Part shown: one piece after another, positions 27,019 through 35,645 of the stretch
Position numbering within the stretch: the stretch's first letter is position 1
Layout: each line of letters opens with the position of its first letter
Origin: an uncultured Syntrophus sp.
GTDB lineage: Bacteria; Desulfobacterota; Syntrophia; Syntrophales; UBA5619
Assembly (NCBI GenBank): GCA_964403345.1
Contig: CAYOGU010000002.1
Location: 1 to 36,459 of the forward strand
Direction: 5' to 3'
DNA length: 36,459 nucleotides
Notes under the pieces: generated by a model
The model's input: the letters and a program-made list of their open reading frames with translations, nothing else
Told to the model about the DNA's origin: nothing
Database searches by the model: none
Made by a program: the position numbers and the translations under genes

Positions 27019-27670
27019 ATGAAATTAGGGACTGATCGATGCTGTCTCCCTGGAGGAGACAGCATCGCATGATCTACGTCGGATCTCCTGGAAAGATGAG
27101 AGGCTTCCCGCGAGCCATGGACAGGCGCTCCCTGATATTCGATGAGGTCGGGCCGATCATCGTCACCCACAGCTACTGGGACCACATCGGTTCGGCCAGC
27201 GTCATCAGGGACCTCACCGGAACCAAAGAGGCTCTGCACCGCGAAGAGAAGGCATGGTTGGAGAAATTACTGAAGCGCTCAGAGCCGGAGGTGACGACCC
27301 GGGGGACTCTTCTGGCGGGCGTTATGGGGCCTTTCTTCCTTGGATAGATCCTCGCGGCCAAGGTCGATGTCATCTTCGGGAACCGGGTCTTTTCGCTCAT
27401 TGATTATGGAATTCCCTGGAGCGTCCTTCCCACGCCTGGCCATCCCAAGGGTTCCGTCAGCGTGCTCCTGGAAACCTGGGAGGCCTTTGTAGATGACCTT
27501 GCGATAAACGCCTGACCTCTGTGCCCGGGTCCAAGCCTTCACGCCTTTGCCAAAGATGTCCACCAGGCTCGGGAGAGTTGGGCATTGCTCCCGCATGCCG
27601 GTACCAAGACGGTCTATCCGTCCCAAGGAAACCCTTCCCGGCCGTGGCGATCCGCAAGGCCCTGTGCTGA
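27019..27670 (+). pseudogene. Decayed MBL-fold metallo-hydrolase
   Basis: Homology is recognisable across three reading segments: MKLGTDRCCLPGGDS / IYVGSPG...IIVTHSYWDHIGS...LPTPGHPKGSVSVLL...FVDDLAINA...FAKDV...KTVYPSQG / PFPAVAIRKALC*. There is a frameshift near 27060, an in-frame TAG at 27345-27347, an in-frame TGA near 27511, and a second frameshift near 27625. The metal ligands are degraded (HxHxDH is now HSYWDH; the last His is now Gln). Confidence 0.7.
27037..27067. repeat. Perfect 13-bp inverted repeat with 5-nt loop
   Basis: CGATGCTGTCTCC (27037-27049), CTGGA, GGAGACAGCATCG (27055-27067). It lies 86 nt after the CorA-like stop and at the first frameshift of the MBL pseudogene. No T-tract follows. 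Confidence 0.5.
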
Positions 27671-27728
27671 TGCGGTGGAAGCTGGAATCCCCGTGCGCAG
27701 GCCAATATCACCGCTTACTCTCTTAGCC

Positions 27729-28706
27729 ATGGGAAACACGAAACGATCCAGCATCGAAAGTGGCCCGTGTGTCCCGTATCCTTTTCGGGAATCGGTCGGA
27801 TGGCTCTGGCGGAACATCCGGGGCGTACGAAAGGCAAATCCTTCCGGCATCCAGGCGTTGCCCCGGGAAACGGTCCTGAATCCGATACAATCCCGGATTA
27901 CCCTGGGCGTCGTCGGCGACATCATGGCCATGGGCCATCAATCTCTCCACATCACGACCGATGTGCACCTCTTTTTCCAGGGATGCGACTGCCTGATCGG
28001 GAACATGGAAGGGACGGTGACCGGGACCGGTAGGCCCAGCCCCGGCGCTCAGAGACACAACCCCTCCATTCTGGATGTCTTGGCCGGACTGTTCCAGCCG
28101 GACCGCACGTTCCTGTCCGTAGCGAACAATCATGCGGGAGATTATCCGGCGACAACCTTCAAAAAGTCGATCAATCACATGCGTGATCGGGGATTCCATG
28201 TGTTCGGCCTCAGGGAAGAGCCTTTTGCCGATATCGCCGATGGCGTTCGGGTCTTCGGCGCCTCGATGTGGAGCAACCGGCCCTGCGGGGAGATCGCCTT
28301 CTTCGATGTCCTCGATGGATGCTCGGCCGGTGCGGCGGCCTTCTCCATAGTGTATCCGCATTGGGGATATGAGCTGGAGATGTTTCCACGGCCCGCGGTC
28401 GTTCGGATGGGAGAGGAGCTTCTGTCCAGGTATGATGCCATCCTGGGACATCATTCCCATGTCCCCCAGCCGATGTCCGTAGTGCGGAATGGCGTTGCGG
28501 CGAAACTCCTGGCCTTCTCCCTGGGTGATTTTTGCACCGGCCTCAGGCTAAAGAAATTCCAGTATGGCGTTGCCTGCAAAGTGGAGATCGGTCCAGGGGA
28601 AAACGGGATCTGGCGAATCGGTGCCGTTCGGTGGCGCTACACGCGTGTCTCGCCCGGTCCAGCCGGCAGCATGCAGCTCCGGTTGACATCGGCCCTTTCC
28701 CTCTGA
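27729..28706 (+). CDS. CapA/PgsA-family metallophosphoesterase-like protein
   Basis: Track ORF is 27585..28706. The upstream part is the tail of the MBL pseudogene in the same frame, so ATG 27729 is the likely start. Motifs are VVGDIM, SVANNHAGDY, YPHWGYE and GHHSHVPQ. Confidence 0.72.
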   Translation: MGNTKRSSIESGPCVPYPFRESVGWLWRNIRGVRKANPSGIQALPRETVLNPIQSRITLGVVGDIMAMGHQSLHITTDVHLFFQGCDCLIGNMEGTVTGTGRPSPGAQRHNPSILDVLAGLFQPDRTFLSVANNHAGDYPATTFKKSINHMRDRGFHVFGLREEPFADIADGVRVFGASMWSNRPCGEIAFFDVLDGCSAGAAAFSIVYPHWGYELEMFPRPAVVRMGEELLSRYDAILGHHSHVPQPMSVVRNGVAAKLLAFSLGDFCTGLRLKKFQYGVACKVEIGPGENGIWRIGAVRWRYTRVSPGPAGSMQLRLTSALSL

Positions 28707-28762
28707 GTGTGCCAAACCAGCGATACCCTGCCCGCATTTCCCCTTCCGGGTAGAACCTACCG

Positions 28763-28820
28763 GCAACCATCTATTAACGGCTCGGTCATCATTCTGCAAC
28801 ATCGTTGCGGTAACTATATA
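28763..28820 (+). promoter_or_regulatory. Putative Pho box plus -10, PIN-PhoH promoter
   Basis: GCAAC 28763, TTAAC 28774, GTCAT 28785 and GCAAC 28796 are spaced exactly 11 bp apart. Ten nt later comes TAACTA (28811), overlapping TATATA (28815-28820). Confidence 0.55.
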
Positions 28821-28872
28821 CAGGGGATCGGTCCGTGGTCGTGGGCGTACTCCGAATTCAGATCAGGAGGAA

Positions 28873-30246
28873 GTGGTGCAAAAAACCTATATCCTGGATA
28901 CGAACATTCTCCTGCACAACCCTCAGGCGATCTATGCCTTTGACGACAACGAAGTGGTGATTCCGCTGGCGGTCATCGAGGAGGTCGACCGCCAGAAGAG
29001 ACGACAGGACGAGATCGGGAAGAATGCCCGGGAGGTCTCCCGGGCCCTGGATGATCTGCGTGGAAAGGGGAGGCTTGCGGAGGGCGTGGTTCTGCCAGGA
29101 GGTGGTTCTCTCCGGATTGAGGTCAATCATTGGTCAAGCGGCGAGCTACCTGCGGGGATTGATTGGAGCCAGCCGGACAACCGGATCCTGGCGATCGCTT
29201 ATCAACTCCAGCGTGAGCGCTGCAATGTCCATCTGGTCACCAAGGACCTCAACCTCCGGATCAAGGCGGATGTGATCGGGATCGCTTCGGAGGATTTCTA
29301 CCGGGACAAGGTCCAATGCGCCGTTCTGTACGATGGAGCGGGGAATCGGAGCGTCACGGAAGCTCAGATTAATCTTTTTCACCGTACCAAGAAGTTGACC
29401 ATGCCCGAGGAATGGGGAGGATTGCCGAACCAGTTTTTCATCCTGAAGAATCCAGCCAATCCTTCCCAGTCGGCCTTGGGACGATGCCAGGACAATACCC
29501 TGGTGCCTTTGCTCCACGGTGACGTGGAGTGCTTCGGAATCAAGGCCCGCAACAAGGAGCAGCGGTTTGCCATGGACCTGCTTCTGAACGATCAGATCCG
29601 CGCCGTAACGCTCGTGGGAAGAGCCGGGACGGGAAAGACGTTGCTTGCTCTGGCCGTTGGGTTGCAGAAGGTACTCGATGAAAGGGTTTACTCCCGCCTG
29701 TTGATCACCCGCCCTGTGGTTCCGGTGGGAAACGACATCGGCTATCTGCCCGGTGACAAGGACGAGAAGATGCGGCCTTGGATGCAGCCGATCTTCGACA
29801 ACATCGAACACATCTTCAGCAACGTCCCGGATGCCAGGGAGGGACGCGGCAGGCTTCCTGCGAGCGGGAAGAACGGCCGGGAACCCGATGAGGAACGGAT
29901 GAAATCCCTGCGAATCGTCGAGCACCTTCTCGAAAGGGGTGTCTTGGAGATGGAACCCTTGACCTACATCCGGGGGCGGAGCATCCCCAGACAGTTCATC
30001 ATCTGCGACGAGGCACAGAATCTCAGTCCGCAGATGATCAAAACGATCGTCACCCGGATCGGGGAGGGATCGAAGATCGTGTTCACCGGCGATCCGGAAC
30101 AAATCGACCACCCCTACCTAGACGCGAGTAGCAACGGGTTGACCTATTTCGTGGAGCGATTCAAAGGCGAGAGGATTGCCGGCCATGTGACCCTCTGCAA
30201 AGGGGAACGTTCGGCCCTTGCCGAGTTGGGGGCGCAGATCCTCTGA
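28873..30246 (+). CDS. phoH2: PIN-domain / PhoH-like ATPase fusion (PhoH2/YlaK type)
   Basis: The RBS is AGGAGG, with GTG at 28873/28876. The PIN N-terminus reads YILDTNILLHNP...VIPLAVIEEVD. The PhoH P-loop is VGRAGTGKTLLALA, followed by FIICDEAQNL and FTGDPEQID. Confidence 0.88.
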   Translation: MVQKTYILDTNILLHNPQAIYAFDDNEVVIPLAVIEEVDRQKRRQDEIGKNAREVSRALDDLRGKGRLAEGVVLPGGGSLRIEVNHWSSGELPAGIDWSQPDNRILAIAYQLQRERCNVHLVTKDLNLRIKADVIGIASEDFYRDKVQCAVLYDGAGNRSVTEAQINLFHRTKKLTMPEEWGGLPNQFFILKNPANPSQSALGRCQDNTLVPLLHGDVECFGIKARNKEQRFAMDLLLNDQIRAVTLVGRAGTGKTLLALAVGLQKVLDERVYSRLLITRPVVPVGNDIGYLPGDKDEKMRPWMQPIFDNIEHIFSNVPDAREGRGRLPASGKNGREPDEERMKSLRIVEHLLERGVLEMEPLTYIRGRSIPRQFIICDEAQNLSPQMIKTIVTRIGEGSKIVFTGDPEQIDHPYLDASSNGLTYFVERFKGERIAGHVTLCKGERSALAELGAQIL

Positions 30247-30270
30247 TATGATGCCCAAAGGAGAAAACCA

Positions 30271-30702
30271 ATGCCTGAAATCAACACTGTCGACGGCGTC
30301 GCCCGGGCGATACAATTGGCGATCGCCCCCGTTTTTTTGCTCAGTACCATTGCTCTGTTCATGAATGTCCTGACGAGCCGGCTCGGCCGCGTGATCGACC
30401 GGACCCGCGTTCTGGAGGAGAAGCTCCTTCATCCTCCGGCCTCAGGCACTGCTGGCCACCACACGGAGCTGGCAACGCTATCGAGGAGGGCCAAGCTGAT
30501 TGATTATGCCATTACCCTGTCCACCACGACCTCGCTCCTGGTCTGTGGTGTCATCGTTACCCTTTTCCTCGGGACCTTTCTCAACTTTAACATCAATATC
30601 ACTGTCATGGTCCTTTTCATCATGGCGATGCTATTCCTGGTCTTGGCGCTCCTGTGTCTGCTCCGGGAAATCCTGATCGCGACCCTGAATCTGATCCACT
30701 GA
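30271..30702 (+). CDS. DUF2721-like small membrane protein
   Basis: The RBS is AAGGAG. It reads AIQLAIAPVFLLSTIALFMNVLTSRLGRVIDRTR followed by two more TM helices. It lies 24 nt after phoH2, so it is probably co-transcribed. The family name is from memory. Confidence 0.65.
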   Translation: MPEINTVDGVARAIQLAIAPVFLLSTIALFMNVLTSRLGRVIDRTRVLEEKLLHPPASGTAGHHTELATLSRRAKLIDYAITLSTTTSLLVCGVIVTLFLGTFLNFNINITVMVLFIMAMLFLVLALLCLLREILIATLNLIH

Positions 30703-30724
30703 TTTTGGCCCTTTCCGCCAGCCC

Positions 30725-31582
30725 TCAGGTGCACCTCGTACGGATCACGGCGCTCAACCGGTCTACAAACGCCACGGTGAGGACGATGACGATCAGTATC
30801 GTGGTCACGTCTTGATTCTCGTAGCTCCGCAGCTTGTCGTAGAGATAGATCCCGATTCCCCCTGCGCCCGTAAATCCCAGGATCGTCGCAGAACGGACGT
30901 CGGACTCGAAACGGTAGAGCGTCATAGAGACGAAAAAAGGAGCGATCTGAGGGATGACGGCGTAGCGGATGACCTTCAATGGTCCGGCTCCGGTGGCCAT
31001 CAGGGCCGTGATCGGTTCGGTCTGGATGTTTTCGATGCCTTCGGAGAAGAGCTTGATCAGCACTCCCGAAGTGTGGACGCCCAGAGCCAGGATGCCGGGC
31101 ATAGGGCCCAGACCCACGGCCGATACGAAGATCAGGGCCCAGACCAGCTCGTTGATGGAACGCGACAGGTTTGCAAAAAAGCGGATCGCTGCGTACAGTG
31201 CTTTCCGGATCAGTCGGGACGGGATCCGCCTGCCTGGGATCATGATTTCCAAGGTGTTTCGCGAGGCTAAAAAGGCCAGCGGGAAGGCGATCACCACAGA
31301 GAGGATGAGGGCGAGCAGGGCCATCTGCACTGTTTCCAGCATGGAAAACAGGTATCTTCTAAGGCCGACCCCCTTTACACTCGGCGGGAAAAAACCACTC
31401 TCGGCGACCTCCGGGTTACCCCGGATATAGACGAGCATGTTTTGCCAGCCGTCAAGCATGGCCGAGACGCTCATCTGCGTCGACGTCCAGCTCCATGTGA
31501 CGACGGCAAGTGTGAGGATCAAGATGGCCAGGTTGAAGATGCTGAAGGGATTGGTCTTCTTCTTGATTTCAGTAAGAGACAT
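30725..31582 (-). CDS. phnE: Phosphonate ABC transporter permease PhnE
   Basis: Track ORF extends to 31639. ATG at c31582 follows GGAGAA and gives MSLTEIKKK.... It is a multi-TM permease with an EAA-type loop (IENIQTEPITALMATGAGPLKVI) and lies downstream of phnC and phnD. Confidence 0.85.
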   Translation of the reverse strand: MSLTEIKKKTNPFSIFNLAILILTLAVVTWSWTSTQMSVSAMLDGWQNMLVYIRGNPEVAESGFFPPSVKGVGLRRYLFSMLETVQMALLALILSVVIAFPLAFLASRNTLEIMIPGRRIPSRLIRKALYAAIRFFANLSRSINELVWALIFVSAVGLGPMPGILALGVHTSGVLIKLFSEGIENIQTEPITALMATGAGPLKVIRYAVIPQIAPFFVSMTLYRFESDVRSATILGFTGAGGIGIYLYDKLRSYENQDVTTILIVIVLTVAFVDRLSAVIRTRCT

Positions 31583-31659
31583 GGCTTCTGTTCTCCGGTG
31601 AGAGGCGGGACGACCCGCGTTCCGCCTCTCCGGCGGCAAAGGGGAGGAAAAGGGTGCCG

Positions 31660-32532
31660 CTACCTTTTCATCTTCTTTTGGACGTCCATCAAGTCCCGGA
31701 TAGTGTTATAGGTTTTGTCCGCCACAGGAGCGTATCCCTTGATCTTGAGCTGATCCAGTCCTGTTGCATCGTTATAGGCCAGGAAGGCTTCGGTAAGGGC
31801 GTTTTTGAGCGTTGACGGCAGGTCTTTGCGGTAGGCCATAGGAGCGCCCGGGATCAACGGCGATGTCCAAATGATCTCGAAGTCTTTTTCCGCATTCCAC
31901 TGCTTGCCGTTTCCGCGGGCCATATCGAGATCGTTGGTTGAAGCGGCGTCGATTTTGCCTGTTTTGACCGAAAGCATAGAGGCCTCGTGGCTGCCGGAGT
32001 AGATGACTTTCGAGAAATATTTTTCCGGATCGATCTTCAGTTCGTTGAGGAAGTGGACCATGGGGACAAGCGTGCCGCTCGTGGAATTGGGATCCACGAA
32101 AGCCCACACCCTGCCCTTCAGGTCGGCCATGCTCTTGAGACCGGAGCCCTTCTTGGTGATGATGAGCCCGTGGTAACCTTGCGTTCCGTCCTTTCCAACC
32201 TCGATGACGAAGGCCTCCGCGTTAGCGCGAGCGGCGGCCTCGACATAGGACTTGGGTCCGAAGTAAGCCAGGTCGATATGCTTGAACTGCATGCCTGTAA
32301 TGACCCCGGCATAGTCTGTGGCAACCTTGACTTCGACCGGCACGCCGAGCTTCTTCTCAAGGTATTTCACGAGATTGTCAAATCGTTCGGTGATGTTTGC
32401 CGATGAGTCCGTCGGGATGCTGCCGAGGACAAGCTTTTTGGGCCAGTCGGCCGGAGGCGTGGCAAACGCCGGGCTGGTGACGGCGATCAGACTGAAGGCC
32501 AGGGCGGCCGCTACAGCAATTGTTCTCTTCAT
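31660..32532 (-). CDS. phnD: Phosphonate/phosphite ABC transporter substrate-binding protein PhnD
   Basis: It has a signal peptide (MKRTIAVAAALAFSLIAVTSPAFA). The PhnD-type core reads LVLGSIP...YAGVITGMQFKHIDLAYFGPKSYV...DPNSTSG. Confidence 0.88.
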   Translation of the reverse strand: MKRTIAVAAALAFSLIAVTSPAFATPPADWPKKLVLGSIPTDSSANITERFDNLVKYLEKKLGVPVEVKVATDYAGVITGMQFKHIDLAYFGPKSYVEAAARANAEAFVIEVGKDGTQGYHGLIITKKGSGLKSMADLKGRVWAFVDPNSTSGTLVPMVHFLNELKIDPEKYFSKVIYSGSHEASMLSVKTGKIDAASTNDLDMARGNGKQWNAEKDFEIIWTSPLIPGAPMAYRKDLPSTLKNALTEAFLAYNDATGLDQLKIKGYAPVADKTYNTIRDLMDVQKKMKR

Positions 32533-32569
32533 GGGCTCCTCCTTACAGGATCTGGTTATGGGTGTGGAC

Positions 32570-33388
32570 TTACGCGCTCACCGCCGCTTCCGGTACAAAC
32601 GGTCGGTAGGGCACACTGCTTTCGATCCATTCGTCGTGGCCGTCTTCGCCGGAGCCATTATAAATCTCTCTGACCACCTCGTCGGTCAGGGACGCCGGAT
32701 TGCCATCGAAGACGATGCCACCGCCGCGAATTCCAAGGATGCGGGTACAGTAATTTTGTGCGTAGTCGAGTTGGTGAAGGTTGGAAATAATGGTAATTCC
32801 ATATATTTCGTTAACCGTTTTGAGTGTGTTCATGACACGCCTTGCACTCATGGGATCAAGTGACGAGATGGGCTCATCGGCCAGGATGATTTGCGGTTCC
32901 TGGGCCATGGCCCGGGCGATGGCCACGCGCTGCATCTGTCCTCCGGAGAGTTGATCGCAGCGCTGCAGGGCAGCCTCTTCGAGGCCGACAATGCGCATGA
33001 GCTCCCAGATCTTGTCGTACTGCTTTGGTGTGTAATATTTGAGCATTGTCGATAGAAAGTGCATACGGCAGAGCATTCCGCAGGCGATGTTGTCCACCAC
33101 GGTCATGCGTTTAACTAGGTTGAAGCCCTGGAAGATGCTTCCGATGCGTGAGCGGAGAACCTTGAGGGAGGCATTGGCGATCCGGTGGACTGGCTCACCA
33201 AGGACGTAAAGCTCGCCACCCAAGATTGGGACGCTGGCGTTGAGCGACATGAGCAGGGTCGATTTCCCTGCACCGGAAGGACCGATGATGCTGATGAATT
33301 CACCCTTCTGAATCTTCAGGGTTACGTCCGGAAGAACGATTCGCCTTCCGTAGCCCAGGGCAAGGGCTTTCGCTTCGATTTGAATCAT
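32570..33388 (-). CDS. phnC: Phosphonate ABC transporter ATP-binding protein PhnC
   Basis: Walker A is GPSGAGKSTLL, the ABC signature is LSGGQMQRVAIARA, and Walker B is ILADEPISSLD. Confidence 0.9.
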   Translation of the reverse strand: MIQIEAKALALGYGRRIVLPDVTLKIQKGEFISIIGPSGAGKSTLLMSLNASVPILGGELYVLGEPVHRIANASLKVLRSRIGSIFQGFNLVKRMTVVDNIACGMLCRMHFLSTMLKYYTPKQYDKIWELMRIVGLEEAALQRCDQLSGGQMQRVAIARAMAQEPQIILADEPISSLDPMSARRVMNTLKTVNEIYGITIISNLHQLDYAQNYCTRILGIRGGGIVFDGNPASLTDEVVREIYNGSGEDGHDEWIESSVPYRPFVPEAAVSA

Positions 33389-33439
33389 GGCAGACCCCTC
33401 GATAGATTGGATCGTCCGGAACGATCATGGATGAACTGG

Positions 33440-33493
33440 AATATAGGGCAGGGATGTTACAGGACGATGACGGATGTGCTAAGTTTTGGTGAT
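33440..33493 (-). promoter_or_regulatory. Putative Pho box plus -10, phnCDE promoter (minus strand)
   Basis: On the minus strand the pentamers are ATCAC (c33489-33493), TTAGC (c33478-33482), GTCAT (c33467-33471) and GTAAC (c33456-33460), at exact 11-bp phasing. Ten nt later comes TATATT (c33440-33445). Confidence 0.62.
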
Positions 33494-33598
33494 AACCGGC
33501 ACCTCAAGAGAAATCCTCCCTACGTAGACCCTCATCCGGAGTCGCCACATCCCGCCGGGGAGAAACGGATCGCCCCGGCGGCCTGGAGATTCAATTCA

Positions 33599-34442
33599 CT
33601 AGGGATGTGCACACCTTTTTGTCTTTTCTTCGCCGTCCGTTTGGTGAACTCCTATCAGCCAACTCTTTCGCAAGGGCCTTCATCTGCCCAGCCTGGGCAT
33701 TGAGTTCCTCGGCGGTGCTTGCCGATCCCTCGGGGTTGGCTGACGTCTGATGAACAATCCGGTCCATCTTGGATAGGGTTTTGCCGATCTACTGGATTCC
33801 CTGCACCTGCTCGTGAGACGCAGAGACAATCTCCTCCACCAAGGCTCCGACTCTGTCGGAGATGGTGACATTCTCCCGGAAAGCCTCCTAGCCCGCGCTA
33901 AATTGCAGCTCTTGCGGCCCGTGGCGATCGCGTGTTTTCAATGAGGGATTCGGTGTTCCTTGCGGCTTCTGCCGCCCTCATAGGCAGATTTCTCACCTCG
34001 TCGGCCACCAGCGCGAATCCGACACCGGACTCGCCGGGCCGGGCGGCTTCGACGGCCGGCGCCGGTTTTCCCGTTGTCCGGGAAAGGTAGACATTGGAAA
34101 CGTTTATTTCCCCTTTCTGGGCCTTCTGGAAATAGTCGCGATCCGCCAACTTGATCTTTCTTATGGAATCCGGCATCGATGAAACTTGGACCTCCCCCTG
34201 GACCGTGGCAATCGGGACATCGGAAAGATCGGGATCTTTTGGATCTGCTCGGCCAGTATGATATTGGCCGCCTTCCTCGTTTCATCGGTATCGTTCTTCA
34301 ACACGGCTTCATATTCGCTCCTTGCGGCAGAGGCGCTGGTCCTGCCTTTGGCATTTTGCGCCACTCGTCGATCAGTTCTGCCTTTGATTTTGAGATCATC
34401 GCGAGTTATGGACAGCATCATCCTGTTAAGACCCAGCTTCAT
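33599..34442 (-). pseudogene. Remnant of a methyl-accepting chemotaxis protein (internal deletion, nonsense, frameshifts)
   Basis: Minus-strand pieces are as follows. A Cache-like segment ([31 protein letters not shown]) joins directly to the MCP hairpin-tip motif [24 protein letters not shown]. Then, in another frame, comes VEEIVSASHEQVQGIQ*IGKTLSKMDRIVHQTSANPEGSASTAEELNAQAGQMKAL, with TAG where Gln is expected. No TM2 or HAMP region is present. Confidence 0.65.
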
Positions 34443-34631
34443 GTGAACCTTTCGTCTGTGAAGTGGGCTCAGAAAATCAAAGGGTCAAGACTAGCCTTTT
34501 GCACTTTCAACGTGCCTCAGCTAGAGCAGCCCCTTTCGTTTTTATGACAGTCTAGGTTCAGGATATTGCAGAGTGATGTAGGGATCGTGAATGCTTGATG
34601 AATCCCGCCGGTCTGGGAAGCGGTCCCTATG

Positions 34632-34685
34632 TTTACGGAAGATTCATGGATCCGTCATCATCCTGTAACAATGATCCCCTATATT
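34632..34685 (+). promoter_or_regulatory. Putative Pho box plus -10, pstS copy-2 promoter
   Basis: TTTAC 34632, TTCAT 34643, GTCAT 34654 and GTAAC 34665 are spaced exactly 11 bp apart. Ten nt later comes TATATT (34680-34685). It is nearly superimposable on the 6150 and 33456 sites. Confidence 0.7.
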
Positions 34686-34714
34686 TCCGACAAAACAAAT
34701 GAGGAGGATAATCC

Positions 34715-35539
34715 ATGAAAAGATTCTTCAAACAGTTGGCGCTGGTTGCGGCACTTTGGGTGTTCGGTGCCGGAGCAGCCATTGCAGACAACGTCGTAAT
34801 CAAGGGGTCGACGACGGTCCTGCCCATCGCCCAAGCGACCCTGGAGGCCTACATGAAGGCTAATCCGGGGGCGAAGATCTCCCTTTCAGGCGGGGGATCG
34901 GGCGAAGGGATCAAGGCCCTGATCGACGGCTCGACGGATATCGCCAATTCATCCCGGGAGATCAAGAAGATGGAGTCGGATCTAGCCAAATCCAAAGGGG
35001 TGAATCCTGTGGAGACGGTGGTGGCGATCGACGCCATCGTTCCGATCGTGAACCCGAAAAATCCGGTAAACAACCTCAACCTTGATCAGTTGAACCAGAT
35101 CTACCAGGGAAAAATCACCAACTGGAAAGAGGTGGGGGGTGAGGACCTCGACATCGTGGTGATCTCCCGGGACAGCAGCTCCGGGACCTTCGAGGCCTGG
35201 GGTGAGTTGGTCCTGAAGGGAGCCAAGGTTACGCCTCGGGCGCAGCTGCAGGCTTCCAACGGGGCCATTGTCCAGACTGTGTCGAAGAACAAGTACGCTC
35301 TGGGGTACATCGGCTTGGGTTACCTGGACAAGACAGTGAAAGGCCTGTCGGTCAACGGGGTCCAGGCCAGCGAGAAGACAGCCCTTTCCAAAGAGTATCC
35401 TGTCTCCCGGTTCCTCTACATGTACACCAACGGGGAGCCCAAGGGCGAGACGGCTAAGTATCTCAAATTCGTCCTGAGTGCAGCGGGCCAGGCACTGGTC
35501 CAGAGAGAGGGGTTTGTCCCCCTGCCGAACAAGAAGTAA
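34715..35539 (+). CDS. pstS: Phosphate-binding protein PstS (copy 2, orphan)
   Basis: The RBS is GAGGAGG. By eye, roughly four fifths of residues are identical to the 6224..7045 product (IKGSTTVLPIAQATLEA, SLSGGGSGEGIKALIDG, ISRDSSSGTFEAWGEL, GAKVTPRAQLQASNGAIVQ). It has its own signal peptide and no adjacent permease genes. Confidence 0.92.
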   Translation: MKRFFKQLALVAALWVFGAGAAIADNVVIKGSTTVLPIAQATLEAYMKANPGAKISLSGGGSGEGIKALIDGSTDIANSSREIKKMESDLAKSKGVNPVETVVAIDAIVPIVNPKNPVNNLNLDQLNQIYQGKITNWKEVGGEDLDIVVISRDSSSGTFEAWGELVLKGAKVTPRAQLQASNGAIVQTVSKNKYALGYIGLGYLDKTVKGLSVNGVQASEKTALSKEYPVSRFLYMYTNGEPKGETAKYLKFVLSAAGQALVQREGFVPLPNKK

Positions 35540-35580
35540 AGAAGGCCATCGTCAGCCCCCTTTGTTAGAAGAACTCGACG

Positions 35581-35614
35581 CAGAGACAGGTCTTTGAGAG
35601 GCCTGTCTCTGTTT
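35581..35614 (+). terminator. Rho-independent terminator after pstS copy 2
   Basis: CAGAGACAGG (35581-35590) pairs with CCTGTCTCTG (35602-35611), extendable by a G-U and a G-C pair. TTTGG follows. Confidence 0.6.
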
Positions 35615-35645
35615 GGCGGGTCCATTTTCGGTCCGGAGCGTAGTG

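Noticed and set aside
27345-27513. In-frame TAG and TGA codons in the MBL-like reading frame, considered as possible pyrrolysine or selenocysteine recoding.
   Set aside because: The same gene also has two frameshifts and has lost metal-binding His residues. The stops do not replace Cys or Lys positions, and I see no SECIS-like stem downstream. Pseudogene decay is the simpler explanation.
33552-33581. An inverted repeat, CCGCCGGGG ... CCCCGGCGG, with a 12-nt loop, downstream of the chemoreceptor remnant, considered as a possible terminator.
   Set aside because: There is no U-tract on either strand, and it follows a pseudogene. Function cannot be supported.
6224-35539. The two pstS copies and their similar leaders, considered as a dispersed repeat or mobile-element signature.
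   Set aside because: Similarity is confined to the gene and its promoter and is clearly diverged at the DNA level. There are no terminal repeats, transposase or integrase. This is paralogy, not mobility.
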